From a virus (Duplodnaviria > Caudoviricetes): a stretch of DNA of 27,513 bases. Shown piece after piece: positions 17,849 to 26,198 of this stretch (positions are counted from its first letter, which is position 1; the number at the start of each line of letters is the position of its first letter). Made by a program: the position numbers and the translations under genes. The stretch covers positions 1 through 27,513 of IMG/VR virus record IMGVR_UViG_3300043781_000001; one strand, 5' to 3'. Below the pieces are notes generated by a model, which made no database searches, was not told the DNA's origin, and saw nothing but the letters and a program-made list of their open reading frames with translations.

Positions 17849-19645
17849 TATTGTTTCTATACGATAACCATGAGAACCTCATCTCTGTTCAGCAAGCCAA
17901 AGGCACAATCAGCCGAGAAATTAACGTTTTCGATGAACTGACAGCGTCAGTGCCAGCGACTAAAACCACTGTTGATATTTTTCGACGTGCCATGTACATT
18001 GGCGTTCCAATCAGAGGCAGAACTGAGTTTCAGCTTTTCAAGGTTGAAAAGGCTGACTTAAATTCTAATCCGTTGAGTATCACAGGCATTGAAAGTGCTG
18101 CCGACGATTTAGCAGTGCATAACATCATCATTGATCAGCGGTTTGTCGATAAGAAAATGAGTGAGATTTTGCCTGCTGTTTTTGAAAACACTGGCTGGGA
18201 GTACAAGCAGTTGGCTCCTGATACAGACACGGCAACGACCAACTTTTATCGAATTTCAAGCAAAGAGGCTTTGCAGAAGATTGAGTCGAACTTTGGGGTT
18301 GAAGTGCAGTTTGTCTACACACCAAAAGGCAATCAAATTGCTGGCAAGACGTGTGAGATACATAAGCAGATCGGCACAGACAGCCATTTGCGGCTTGTGC
18401 AAGGTGTTAACGTGACTGAAGTCAAGTACACGCAAGACCAGACGGAGCTTTATACAGCGGCAATTGGTCGTGGCTCAGGGCTTCAGGACACAGACGACCA
18501 GGGCGAAGCTACTGGTGGCTATACTCGCAAGATCGAGTTCGACGATGTTGTCTGGTCAAAGTCGGCGGGCAACCCAGTCGATAAGCCAGCAGGGCAAAAG
18601 TATGTCGAAATTCCAGAAGCAACCGAAAAGTATGGCTGGTTGGATAAAGACGGCAAACGAAAGCCTCGCATGGTGACATTTGATTTTGACAATGAGAAAG
18701 ATGTCAACAAGCTAATTCAGGAAACCTACGACAAGCTGTTGCCTTTAAGCCACCCGCAAGTTCAAATTGAGTCAACAGTCGCTAAGATTGGGCAATATGC
18801 CCATCTAGGCGATGACGTCACGGCAGTGGTCTACAAGCCATACAAGCTGACGTACACTGCCCGAGTTATCAAGATGGAAGACAATCCAGACGATGAAGAG
18901 CAGTCGACAAGTCACTATTGGCTTTTCAACCGTTAAACGGCAGGCTGAGCGTGAAATCGATCAGCAACAGACTGTTGATGATAATAACCAAAACATGACC
19001 GAACAGATTGAAGAAACGAAGCGCAAGCTAACCGAGATTGATAAGAATGCTAGTGAGCAAATTCAGAAGGCACAACAAGCAATTCGTGATTTTGAAGAAA
19101 AGACTGGCAAAGAAATTGACGATGCCAAACAGCAAATAGCGGACTTCGTCAATCAAAACAGCAGTGGTTCGCCATTGCAGTTCTATGGCACAGACGGCAA
19201 CATCGTTTCAGGCATTCCACCAGTTTCTTATATCAAGTCCAAAGATGGCAGCTTCATTCTGAACGCATCTGGGTTTAACTGGAATGGGAACTTGCTTGGC
19301 GGTGATGGCAAGCTTTATGCGGACGACATTAAAGGCGAAACCATCACAGGTTACAGCGTTGTCGGTGCCCACATTAGCGGTGGCACCATTGAAGGCGTGA
19401 CAATGTCAGGCAGTAACTACATTAGATGCACTGGCAGTGAAGGCACGGCTGTTATCTCAGGCGACGAGGGCTTTTCTTTTACCAACGTTGCGGTAGGCAA
19501 CGGCATTATTCGTTTGGGCGATGGCTCAAACTGGGATAGTGAAGGATTTTACACTCCATCGACAGTCACCTGCTCAACGTTGCGAATAGGTGGTCAAGAC
19601 CTGACGAGTTCGGATATAGCCAAGCTGCACAGACTGAAAGGCTAA
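17845..19645 (+). CDS. Tal-like baseplate hub/tail spike protein, split by an apparent +1 indel near 18909
   Basis: LYTAAIGRGSG, GYTRKIEFDDVVW, PVDKPAGQKYV motifs. ORFs 17845..18936 and 18893..19645 join as ...DDEEQST-VTIGF... if one base is removed. Confidence 0.8.
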
Positions 19646-19649
19646 ACAC

Positions 19650-19865
19650 ATGGATTTTTTCAAAGAGGCAGACAACATTGATGGTGCCAAGCTAGCCAAC
19701 GAGTACGCTGGACAAAATGCTCAGCTGACTCGTGCAAATTTACTGTTAAAGCTGCAATTGCAACAGCACATTGACCGTGAAAATGAGCTGCTGCAAATCA
19801 TCAAGGAAAACCTGCCAGATTTTTACAAAACATTAGAAACAGAAAGCACCAAGAAAAAATCTTGA
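19650..19865 (+). CDS. Small coiled-coil tail-associated protein
   Basis: 71-aa ORF, LANEYAGQNAQLTRANLLLK helix; synteny. Confidence 0.7.
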   Translation: MDFFKEADNIDGAKLANEYAGQNAQLTRANLLLKLQLQQHIDRENELLQIIKENLPDFYKTLETESTKKKS

Positions 19866-19896
19866 TGCTTTTTTGATTACAGAAAGGAGAGTATCA

Positions 19897-21561
19897 ATGG
19901 CACAGAAACCAACCTTGCCAGTTATGCAACTGGACTTGCAGAAAACGACAACGTACGTGGCAAAGCCATTCCGCATGACTGAGGGCGATAAAGGCTATCA
20001 GCAACCATTTAGGCTATCTAATGCCTGGGCAGAGTATGACGTGGAGCCTGAAACATTAGCGTTCAGCGCAACCAAGGCTGATGGTCAAGTGGTTGAGGTT
20101 AGCCAAGAGCCAGACCGCTTTCACTTAATTGACGGTGTGTGGTTCTTTGACCTGCCCGATGAGATTACGCAGGCGATTGGCAACGTCAGCGCATATTTCT
20201 ATGTTCAAGACGATGACAACAATATTTTGGCGTCAACAACTAAATTCGGTTATGAAGTCAGCGCTCACTATGGCGATGACATTGCTTCAAACTCGTATGT
20301 TTCAGCGTTTGAGCGGCTTGAAAAGCAGTTCCAAGAATATCTTGAAAACTGCCGCAACGAGCTAAACAACTTCAATGACTTAAACAATGATGCTAAAGCC
20401 AAGTTGACGGACTTGCTGGATAAATTGCAGCAGCAAACTGGCAAGTGGCTGCAGGATAAAGAAAAAGCCGTCGATGATGACATCAAGCAACGGACAGATA
20501 AACTGGACGAGCTGACCACGCAGTACAACACCACGTACAACGAACAAGTCAATAAGTTCAACCAGAAGTACACGGATTTAACTCAGCAATTTACTCAGCA
20601 GGCAGAAAAAATTAATCAAGATGCCAGCGATCAGCGTGACAAGATTGACGCTGACTACAAAACGAAGCTGCAAGCTGCACTGGACGATGTAGTAAAGCAA
20701 CGTGATAGCGCAATTGAGCAAATCAACGCTAAGTGGGCAGACCAGTCAAAGAAGCTAGATGAAACGTTCAACGAACAACTTACCCAGCTGACAAAGACTT
20801 GGACAGACAAGCAAGCTTCAATGGACAGTGCTTTGGCTGACTTGGAAAAGACGGCTGACGAATTGACCGCTAACTTTAGTCGGCTGAACGGCACCGACTT
20901 GCCAAACGCACAAGCGACAATGAACCAGCTGAAACAGTCGATCAAAGACGCTGAAGCGAAGTTCGATAGCGTCGACTTCAGCAAGTTCGTGACTGGTCAA
21001 CAGTTTAGCGACTACCAAACAACTGTCACTAATAGCCTGAATGCCAAAGCAAACGCAGCTGATGTCTACGCCAAAGCCGATACGATGAGCAAGACTGAAA
21101 TTCAACAAGCCATCGATAACGGCGGCAAAGTAAAGACCGTGGACGGTATTGCACCTGATACAAGCGGCAATGTAGCAACTGGTCGGTACACTAACCAAGA
21201 GATTGATGACAAGTTAGCGCAAGCTGGCAAACTAAAAACCATTAGTTTGAATGGTGGAGCAAAGATTGAGCCAGACAGTGAAGGCAACGCAGATTTGACA
21301 GTGCCACAGCCTGACTTGAGCGCTTATGCGACTAAGACCGATCTGCAGACTGTTAGTGCCACTGCTACGCAAGCCGCTAGTGATGCTTCATCCGCTAAGA
21401 GTGCTGCTGACACGGCGCAGACAAAAGTGAACAGTCTGCAGACAGAAGTTGATGTACTGAAGTCAACAGCGCTGACTGCCAAGACTTTCAGCACGCTAGC
21501 ACAAGCGCAGGCATATGCGAAAGAACATCCAACAGTTATGTGCGTTGTTTCGAGCGGTTAG
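19897..21561 (+). CDS. bppU: BppU-family upper baseplate/fibre protein
   Basis: N-terminal LDLQK..EGDKG..TKADG..SNSYVS (DUF2479/BppU-like), long coiled coil, VKTVDGIAPDTSGNV-type fibre repeats; SD AAGGAG before ATG19897. Confidence 0.85.
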   Translation: MAQKPTLPVMQLDLQKTTTYVAKPFRMTEGDKGYQQPFRLSNAWAEYDVEPETLAFSATKADGQVVEVSQEPDRFHLIDGVWFFDLPDEITQAIGNVSAYFYVQDDDNNILASTTKFGYEVSAHYGDDIASNSYVSAFERLEKQFQEYLENCRNELNNFNDLNNDAKAKLTDLLDKLQQQTGKWLQDKEKAVDDDIKQRTDKLDELTTQYNTTYNEQVNKFNQKYTDLTQQFTQQAEKINQDASDQRDKIDADYKTKLQAALDDVVKQRDSAIEQINAKWADQSKKLDETFNEQLTQLTKTWTDKQASMDSALADLEKTADELTANFSRLNGTDLPNAQATMNQLKQSIKDAEAKFDSVDFSKFVTGQQFSDYQTTVTNSLNAKANAADVYAKADTMSKTEIQQAIDNGGKVKTVDGIAPDTSGNVATGRYTNQEIDDKLAQAGKLKTISLNGGAKIEPDSEGNADLTVPQPDLSAYATKTDLQTVSATATQAASDASSAKSAADTAQTKVNSLQTEVDVLKSTALTAKTFSTLAQAQAYAKEHPTVMCVVSSG

Positions 21562-21572
21562 GAGTTGATGAA

Positions 21573-21929
21573 ATGCTAACGAATTTAATCAAATATATTG
21601 TTCTGAATACACAAGTTTTCGTGCCGAGAGATCTAGATCATTGGCTAAAAGTAATTGCTGACGGCAAAGAATTTGGGGTACAAATTAAATCAGACGTTAA
21701 TCGAAATAGTTCTAATAATACTAACCTAGGTGATATGATTGAGGCCTTAGGCACTGCCAAGACAACTGATGATTTGCCTAATGCTGATGTCTGGTTCTGG
21801 TGTAAGCTCGCCTCAGGTGGCAAATATAACAGTGTTAAGCTATATGCTATCTCTGTTCTGGGGGGGGTAATTAAGTCAGCTATCGACAGACTTAACCGCC
21901 TTTTTAGAAAGGTGGCGATTGCATGCTAG
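21573..21929 (+). CDS. Accessory tail cassette 1 (hypothetical; G8 tract near 3' end)
   Basis: SD AGGAG, ATG21573; N-terminus MLTNLIKYIVLN resembles cassette 2. Confidence 0.75.
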   Translation: MLTNLIKYIVLNTQVFVPRDLDHWLKVIADGKEFGVQIKSDVNRNSSNNTNLGDMIEALGTAKTTDDLPNADVWFWCKLASGGKYNSVKLYAISVLGGVIKSAIDRLNRLFRKVAIAC

Positions 21930-22246
21930 CAGATAATATTTCAGCCATCGTGCTGAGCAAAACTACTTTTGAGAAAACACTTGTTGGTCAAGTATATGGA
22001 AACAGTGATGGACCAAATACAATCATTTCATCTGGAGATATTTCTACTAGTGGGGGCGTTCCTAGAATAAATAATCCCATGAAAAGAAATACTAATTACA
22101 TCGCTATAATGGGGCAAATTACCGATTCAACATTTGGAGGTAATTACTATTGGTGCTATTTGTACGGAGGCACTGCCTCTGCTTATCAATGGATTGATCA
22201 GGAGACACTTGATAGTTTCATTAAGTTCGTAAATGGAGCTAATTAA
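21923..22246 (+). CDS. Accessory tail cassette 2 (hypothetical; aromatic/Gly-rich)
   Basis: SD AAAGGTGG, overlap with cassette 1 stop; AT-rich codons. Confidence 0.75.
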   Translation: MLADNISAIVLSKTTFEKTLVGQVYGNSDGPNTIISSGDISTSGGVPRINNPMKRNTNYIAIMGQITDSTFGGNYYWCYLYGGTASAYQWIDQETLDSFIKFVNGAN

Positions 22247-22284
22247 CTACTTAACCGCTGCCTGACTAGAGAGCTGGTGGCAGC

Positions 22285-22641
22285 ATGACGCTATTGATTA
22301 GTGGCAGAGAGCCATCAGCAATCTTTTCCCAAGGCAAGTCAGCGCAGTATGTAGTGCGAGGTGGTTCAATTGTATGGTCGCTAGGCTATCCGCCGAAATA
22401 TGAATACCACATCAAATTAAACGGTAGTGGCGACATAGACTTCAGCGAACTCGATTTAAACAAGTTTGCAAAGTCTGGTAAGGCATTTCGGATAGTGATG
22501 ACTGTTGATGATAGCCAAGAGACTTGGACTAGTCCTTGGTACAGGATAGATGCGACCGATCATCTATATGCGCCTGGTCAATATGTTAATTACAATGGAT
22601 ATATGATTGAATACGACCATTGTTATATAGAATTTCATTAG
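22285..22641 (+). CDS. Accessory tail cassette 3 (hypothetical; possible receptor-binding module)
   Basis: SD GGTGG; N-terminal LLISGREPSAIFSQGKSAQYVVRGGSIVW beta-hairpin-type motif. Confidence 0.72.
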   Translation: MTLLISGREPSAIFSQGKSAQYVVRGGSIVWSLGYPPKYEYHIKLNGSGDIDFSELDLNKFAKSGKAFRIVMTVDDSQETWTSPWYRIDATDHLYAPGQYVNYNGYMIEYDHCYIEFH

Positions 22642-22674
22642 TGCTTAAATCGGCAAATCGTGTTATACTAAGTG

Positions 22675-22745
22675 TGCAACAAATTTAAATAGGCCTATCA
22701 TGAGGCACACAAAAAGCACTGTCTAGATCGGAGACAGTGCTTTTC
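22675..22745 (+). ncRNA. Antitoxin RNA (RNA II-like) of the Fst-type TA locus
   Basis: Extended -10 TG-T-TATACT 22661-22669; direct repeats shared with the toxin gene; ends in a bidirectional terminator. Confidence 0.8.
22712..22744. terminator. Bidirectional terminator shared by toxin and antitoxin RNAs
   Basis: AAAAGCACTGTCT-AGATCGG-AGACAGTGCTTTT. Confidence 0.88.
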
Positions 22746-22793
22746 TTTTACATCCATGCAACAACTATGGATGTGTGGGTTGAATGGTAGCTT

Positions 22794-22892
22794 TTATCTG
22801 TCATTGCCATGATTGTTCAACCACCAGTCAAATAGCTGTAAGGCTATACCGACCAAGATCGGAGCAATGACAAATTTAAATAGGCATTGCAT
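22794..22892 (-). CDS. fst: Fst/Lpt-family type I toxin, 32 aa (not in ORF track)
   Basis: MQCLFKFVIAPILVGIALQLFDWWLNNHGNDR*, with APxxVG and WL signature; SD AAAGGAGG inside hairpin 22901-22917; -10 TG-C-TATAAT at 22949-22941. Confidence 0.92.
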   Translation of the reverse strand: MQCLFKFVIAPILVGIALQLFDWWLNNHGNDR

Positions 22893-22954
22893 GAGGCTCA
22901 CCTCCTTTCAAAGGAGGCCTTATGTCAGCTACCAAAAATAATTATAGCAAACAT

Positions 22955-22978
22955 AGCGTCCAGGTCGGGCGCTTTTTT
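22955..22978 (+). terminator. Intrinsic terminator
   Basis: AGCGTCC-AGGTC-GGGCGCT + T run. Confidence 0.6.
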
Positions 22979-23011
22979 CATGCTCCAAAAAGGGGCTAGA
23001 AAGGAAAAATT

Positions 23012-23506
23012 ATGGCAGATGAAAAAACATGGCAAGAGAAGGCAGAAGCTTTTAAAACCCTGCTGCAACCAAACGGAGTATACATGCAAATCGTGTACCA
23101 ATCAGACAGTCACCATGACTGTGAGCCAGTCCCAATCCCATACCAGCTAGACCACGACCAGTATCCGTTCGTGGTAGAAGCGCCAACTGGCATGAACCAT
23201 CCAAAATTTGACTGGAGTGTAGACAATCACGGCTGGCACGAAACGAGCGCAGACGCTCAAGGTGAACGGATTGCAGCACTGGAAACTGCCGCTAAGCAAA
23301 CCACTGAGCAGGTCAAGGCACTGCAGGAGGCACATGAAACTACTGTTCAAAGCAGCAAGACTTTAGATAGTAAGATGGACAACATGACCAAACTGCTGGT
23401 TCAGAGTACCGCCAACCAAGCCAAGCTGATGGCGGCGGTTAACTCTCTGGCTGAGAAATCTACTGGCACGACTGGTAGCGCAAATGCAGAAGGTGGTGAC
23501 AAGTAA
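23012..23506 (+). CDS. Phage hypothetical protein (tail-fibre-assembly-like, C-terminal coiled coil)
   Basis: SD AAAGGA; P..PKFDW..W motif; precedes XkdX-like gene. Confidence 0.8.
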   Translation: MADEKTWQEKAEAFKTLLQPNGVYMQIVYQSDSHHDCEPVPIPYQLDHDQYPFVVEAPTGMNHPKFDWSVDNHGWHETSADAQGERIAALETAAKQTTEQVKALQEAHETTVQSSKTLDSKMDNMTKLLVQSTANQAKLMAAVNSLAEKSTGTTGSANAEGGDK

Positions 23507-23664
23507 TGCTATTCGATATGACATCAACTTTCAAAATGGAGTACGACTTCGGTATGATCGATAAGCAAACGCTGGCAAGCTATGTAGCGGCAGGAAACAT
23601 GTGCATTGATGCGAGCGGATACAAAGAAATCACAGGCGAGGATTATGAAGCAAAGACCGACTAG
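23506..23664 (+). CDS. xkdX: XkdX-family protein, 52 aa (not in ORF track)
   Basis: MLFDMTSTFKMEYDFG...YV...IDASGYKEITGEDY; TAATG overlap with the upstream stop. Confidence 0.88.
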   Translation: MLFDMTSTFKMEYDFGMIDKQTLASYVAAGNMCIDASGYKEITGEDYEAKTD

Positions 23665-24058
23665 ATGGTTGGTGACAGCTAAAGATCGAGTTTTGGAGCA
23701 TCCTCGGCATGCGATCATCGGCAGTGTCATTTTTTTATCGGGCTTAAACTTCATGCTCAACGACACCTACTTTTTCTGGCCGCCTTATGCGGTGCATGTG
23801 CTAAATGATGATGTTCTTGGCTTCTCAGCGATGATTATTGGCTTTTGGCTCATTCATTGGGCGCTGCAAAAAAGGCGAAGCACTGAAGTTAATCGCAACC
23901 TGCTCATGGCTGCTAGTGCTTTCTTTGTTTTCGATGCAACGGCTGAGCTGGTGCATGGAGTTGTTGGACATGGTCCGCACATGTACACTGCGGCAATCGC
24001 TGATTTTGGTCTATTTCTGATTGTTTTAGTGATGGCGAGAACAGGCAAAAAGAGCTAG
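23645..24058 (+). CDS. Multi-pass membrane protein of the lysis cassette
   Basis: About four hydrophobic segments, YFFWPP and LNDD motif; start uncertain (23606-23645). Confidence 0.8.
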   Translation: MKQRPTRWLVTAKDRVLEHPRHAIIGSVIFLSGLNFMLNDTYFFWPPYAVHVLNDDVLGFSAMIIGFWLIHWALQKRRSTEVNRNLLMAASAFFVFDATAELVHGVVGHGPHMYTAAIADFGLFLIVLVMARTGKKS

Positions 24059-24075
24059 AAAGGAGCGCCGATGAT

Positions 24076-24306
24076 ATGGAACACATTATCGAGAGAGCGT
24101 TACCTTATCTAGCAGGCATTTTGGCAGCATTGCTGACGTGGTACCAGTGGGTTCACTCAAGCACTCGCCAAGATGCCGAGTACTACCGCAAAAAGTTGCG
24201 AGAAAGTGAAGAAGAAGTTGAGCGGTTGAAAGAAAAGCTGCTCGATCAAGAAAAACAAATCATCAAACTCAAAGCTAAAAAACAGGAGGAGAAAAAAGAT
24301 GGCTAA
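24076..24306 (+). CDS. Single-TM + coiled-coil lysis-cassette protein
   Basis: SD AAAGGAG; ALPYLAGILAALLTW then charged coiled coil. Confidence 0.8.
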   Translation: MEHIIERALPYLAGILAALLTWYQWVHSSTRQDAEYYRKKLRESEEEVERLKEKLLDQEKQIIKLKAKKQEEKKDG

Positions 24307-24496
24307 AAATTATCCAAGCGACATGATCGTTTTGTACTGCACGCTGGTGCGTGACCATAAGTGCGAGATTTCAGACATTCCAGCCAGTGTGCAAAGTGAG
24401 GTCGCTAAGTGGCTGAACTATTTCGAAACTGGCGAGTTAGGTAGCGATGTTGCCGAACAAGGAGGGACAAATGATGAAGACGTTAAACCTGCTTAA
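24299..24496 (+). CDS. CD1375-like small phage protein
   Basis: MIVLYCTLV..KCEISDIPASVQSEV pattern; SD AGGAGG. Confidence 0.65.
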   Translation: MAKNYPSDMIVLYCTLVRDHKCEISDIPASVQSEVAKWLNYFETGELGSDVAEQGGTNDEDVKPA

Positions 24497-24899
24497 TGAA
24501 ATTTTGCCGTGGATTGCGCTGGTAGTGCTGTTCATTGCCGAAAAGGTGGCTAGCTACTACGAGTACACTAAGAAAAACGATCCTGAAATGGCAAAGAAGC
24601 TGCAACACGTTGGCGAACTCGCCAAGTGGGCAGTAGCAGATCAATCACGATTTGAAGGCAAAGCTGGGACTGACAAGTTCACTGATGCCGTTAAAGCCGT
24701 GCAAGAACAAATCGGTGACAAAGCTATCACTGAGCAGACCATTAAAGGCGCCGTGCAGGACGCATACAAGAAAGAAGCAGAAAAGACAGAACCAGCGACT
24801 GTTGAGCCTGCTACTTCTGCCAAACCTGCACAACCTAAAGTAGAGCCAGTGCTTGATGATCTTGAAGTGCATGATTTAAGTGGTGGTGAAAATGGCTAA
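24471..24899 (+). CDS. Holin, LL-H-like
   Basis: Single N-terminal TM, LAKWAV..G.DKF..AV, IKGAVQDAY; directly before the lysin. Confidence 0.8.
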   Translation: MMKTLNLLNEILPWIALVVLFIAEKVASYYEYTKKNDPEMAKKLQHVGELAKWAVADQSRFEGKAGTDKFTDAVKAVQEQIGDKAITEQTIKGAVQDAYKKEAEKTEPATVEPATSAKPAQPKVEPVLDDLEVHDLSGGENG

Positions 24900-25974
24900 T
24901 GCGTATGGTGTAGACGTTTCAAGCTTTCAGCCAACCAACATGGCCAGCTATGCCAATGCTGGTGCTAAGCTTGCAATTGTTAAGCTGTCGGAAGGCATGG
25001 ACTACCGCAATCCAAAAGCCACAAGCCAGATTGCTTCTGCTAAAGCTAATGGCATGATGATTGCTGGCTATTTCTTTGCCACTTTTTCAAGCAATGCAAC
25101 TGCAGCCAACTATCAAGCGCAAGTAGCGGTAGCCACAGCACGACAAGTGAAACTGGCAAAAGGCTCATATCTGGCAGTCGATTGGGAAACTGGTGACGGC
25201 AACGTTGTCACTAACTCAATAGGAAACAACACTCAAGCACTGCTGTCAGCAATGGCGTCAATCAAACTAGCTGGGTACAAGCCTTTATTGTACGCTGGCG
25301 CGTATGACCTTAAAGTTCATGTTGATCGTGCATCAATCCTGTGGACGTTTCCAAATTCGTTGTGGGTTGCCAGCTATCCCTATCAGAACGGCGTTCGGGT
25401 TGATAAAGCACCAATGGGCAGCTTTCCAAGTATGGACGGTGTGGCAATCTGGCAGTTCACAGACAACTGGTGCGGGATGTCGGTAGACGGCAACATCGCA
25501 GTACTAGATTTGAAAACAGGAGAAAGCGAGGCGGACATAGAAATGGCGTGGCACCCTGAAGTGAAAATTGGCGAACTAGGTCGGTTTATGGTTAATCGCC
25601 AAAACGGCGCTAGCTTGTATGGCGATGCAGCACTAACTAAAGTGATTGGCACTAAGAAATATGGCGAGAGCTTCAAAATCTTTCGTGCCAAGGGCGGTGC
25701 TGTATGTGCAGGTGACAGCCAATGGTTCAGCCAGGCGGACGGTTTGACGAAGATCAATCCACTAGCTGTTAACTCATGGGCTAGAGGTATCTGCAAGATC
25801 ACTGTTAGTGACGCATACACACAAAATCTGCCAAAGGCGGGTCAGTTAGGCATTACTCACTTGCCAAAAGGAGGTACCTACAAAGTCTTTGGACGGTCGG
25901 GCAAATACCTACTTGTTGGTAGTGAGAAGGTCGGTAAATATGTAGATGGAGATAAGTGCGTAATTGTGCTCTAA
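24892..25974 (+). CDS. Endolysin, GH25 muramidase + two C-terminal SH3/SLAP-like binding repeats
   Basis: GVDVSSFQ, IVKLSEG..Y.NP, AVDWE, LWVASYP, IWQFTD, VDGN. Confidence 0.95.
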   Translation: MANAYGVDVSSFQPTNMASYANAGAKLAIVKLSEGMDYRNPKATSQIASAKANGMMIAGYFFATFSSNATAANYQAQVAVATARQVKLAKGSYLAVDWETGDGNVVTNSIGNNTQALLSAMASIKLAGYKPLLYAGAYDLKVHVDRASILWTFPNSLWVASYPYQNGVRVDKAPMGSFPSMDGVAIWQFTDNWCGMSVDGNIAVLDLKTGESEADIEMAWHPEVKIGELGRFMVNRQNGASLYGDAALTKVIGTKKYGESFKIFRAKGGAVCAGDSQWFSQADGLTKINPLAVNSWARGICKITVSDAYTQNLPKAGQLGITHLPKGGTYKVFGRSGKYLLVGSEKVGKYVDGDKCVIVL

Positions 25975-26021
25975 ACCCGTCGAATTCGACCTGGTTAAAA
26001 AATTTAACGAACAATTCAAAA

Positions 26022-26056
26022 CCGCTCTGGAGCAATTGCTCTAGGGCGGCTTTTTT
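26022..26056 (+). terminator. Late-operon intrinsic terminator
   Basis: CCGCTCTGGAGC-AATT-GCTCTAGGGCGG + C + T6. Confidence 0.9.
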
Positions 26057-26074
26057 GTGTGCTATAATTTTAGC

Positions 26075-26130
26075 AGTACCTTAAAGGTACTATTTTCCTT
26101 ACATGAGAGCTGCACAATGCAGCTCTTTTT
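26075..26130 (+). ncRNA. Putative ~55-nt sRNA
   Basis: Perfect extended -10 TG-C-TATAAT 26060-26068, 5' hairpin AGTACCT/AGGTACT, unpaired linker, terminator AGAGCTGCA/TGCAGCTCT + T run; no ORF. Confidence 0.65.
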
Positions 26131-26141
26131 ATTTTTTGCCA

Positions 26142-26198
26142 AAATATAATGTGAAAGTTATAAATATAATGTACAAATTATATTGCCTGTGTTAATAT
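26142..26198 (+). promoter_or_regulatory. Promoter of the moron gene with upstream direct repeats
   Basis: TGTACA 26170-26175, 17 bp spacer, TG-T-TAATAT 26190-26198; AAATATAATGT at 26142 and 26162. Confidence 0.55.

Noticed and set aside
21573-22641. Diversity-generating retroelement or invertase shufflon acting on the tail cassettes
   Set aside because: No reverse transcriptase, TR/VR pair, invertase or inverted cassette seen in the window
22679-22897. CRISPR-like repeats
   Set aside because: Only two copies, fully explained as Fst TA direct repeats; no array seen in the window
22887-23150. 87-aa + strand ORF
   Set aside because: Runs across the TA promoter and terminator and overlaps 23012..23506 out of frame
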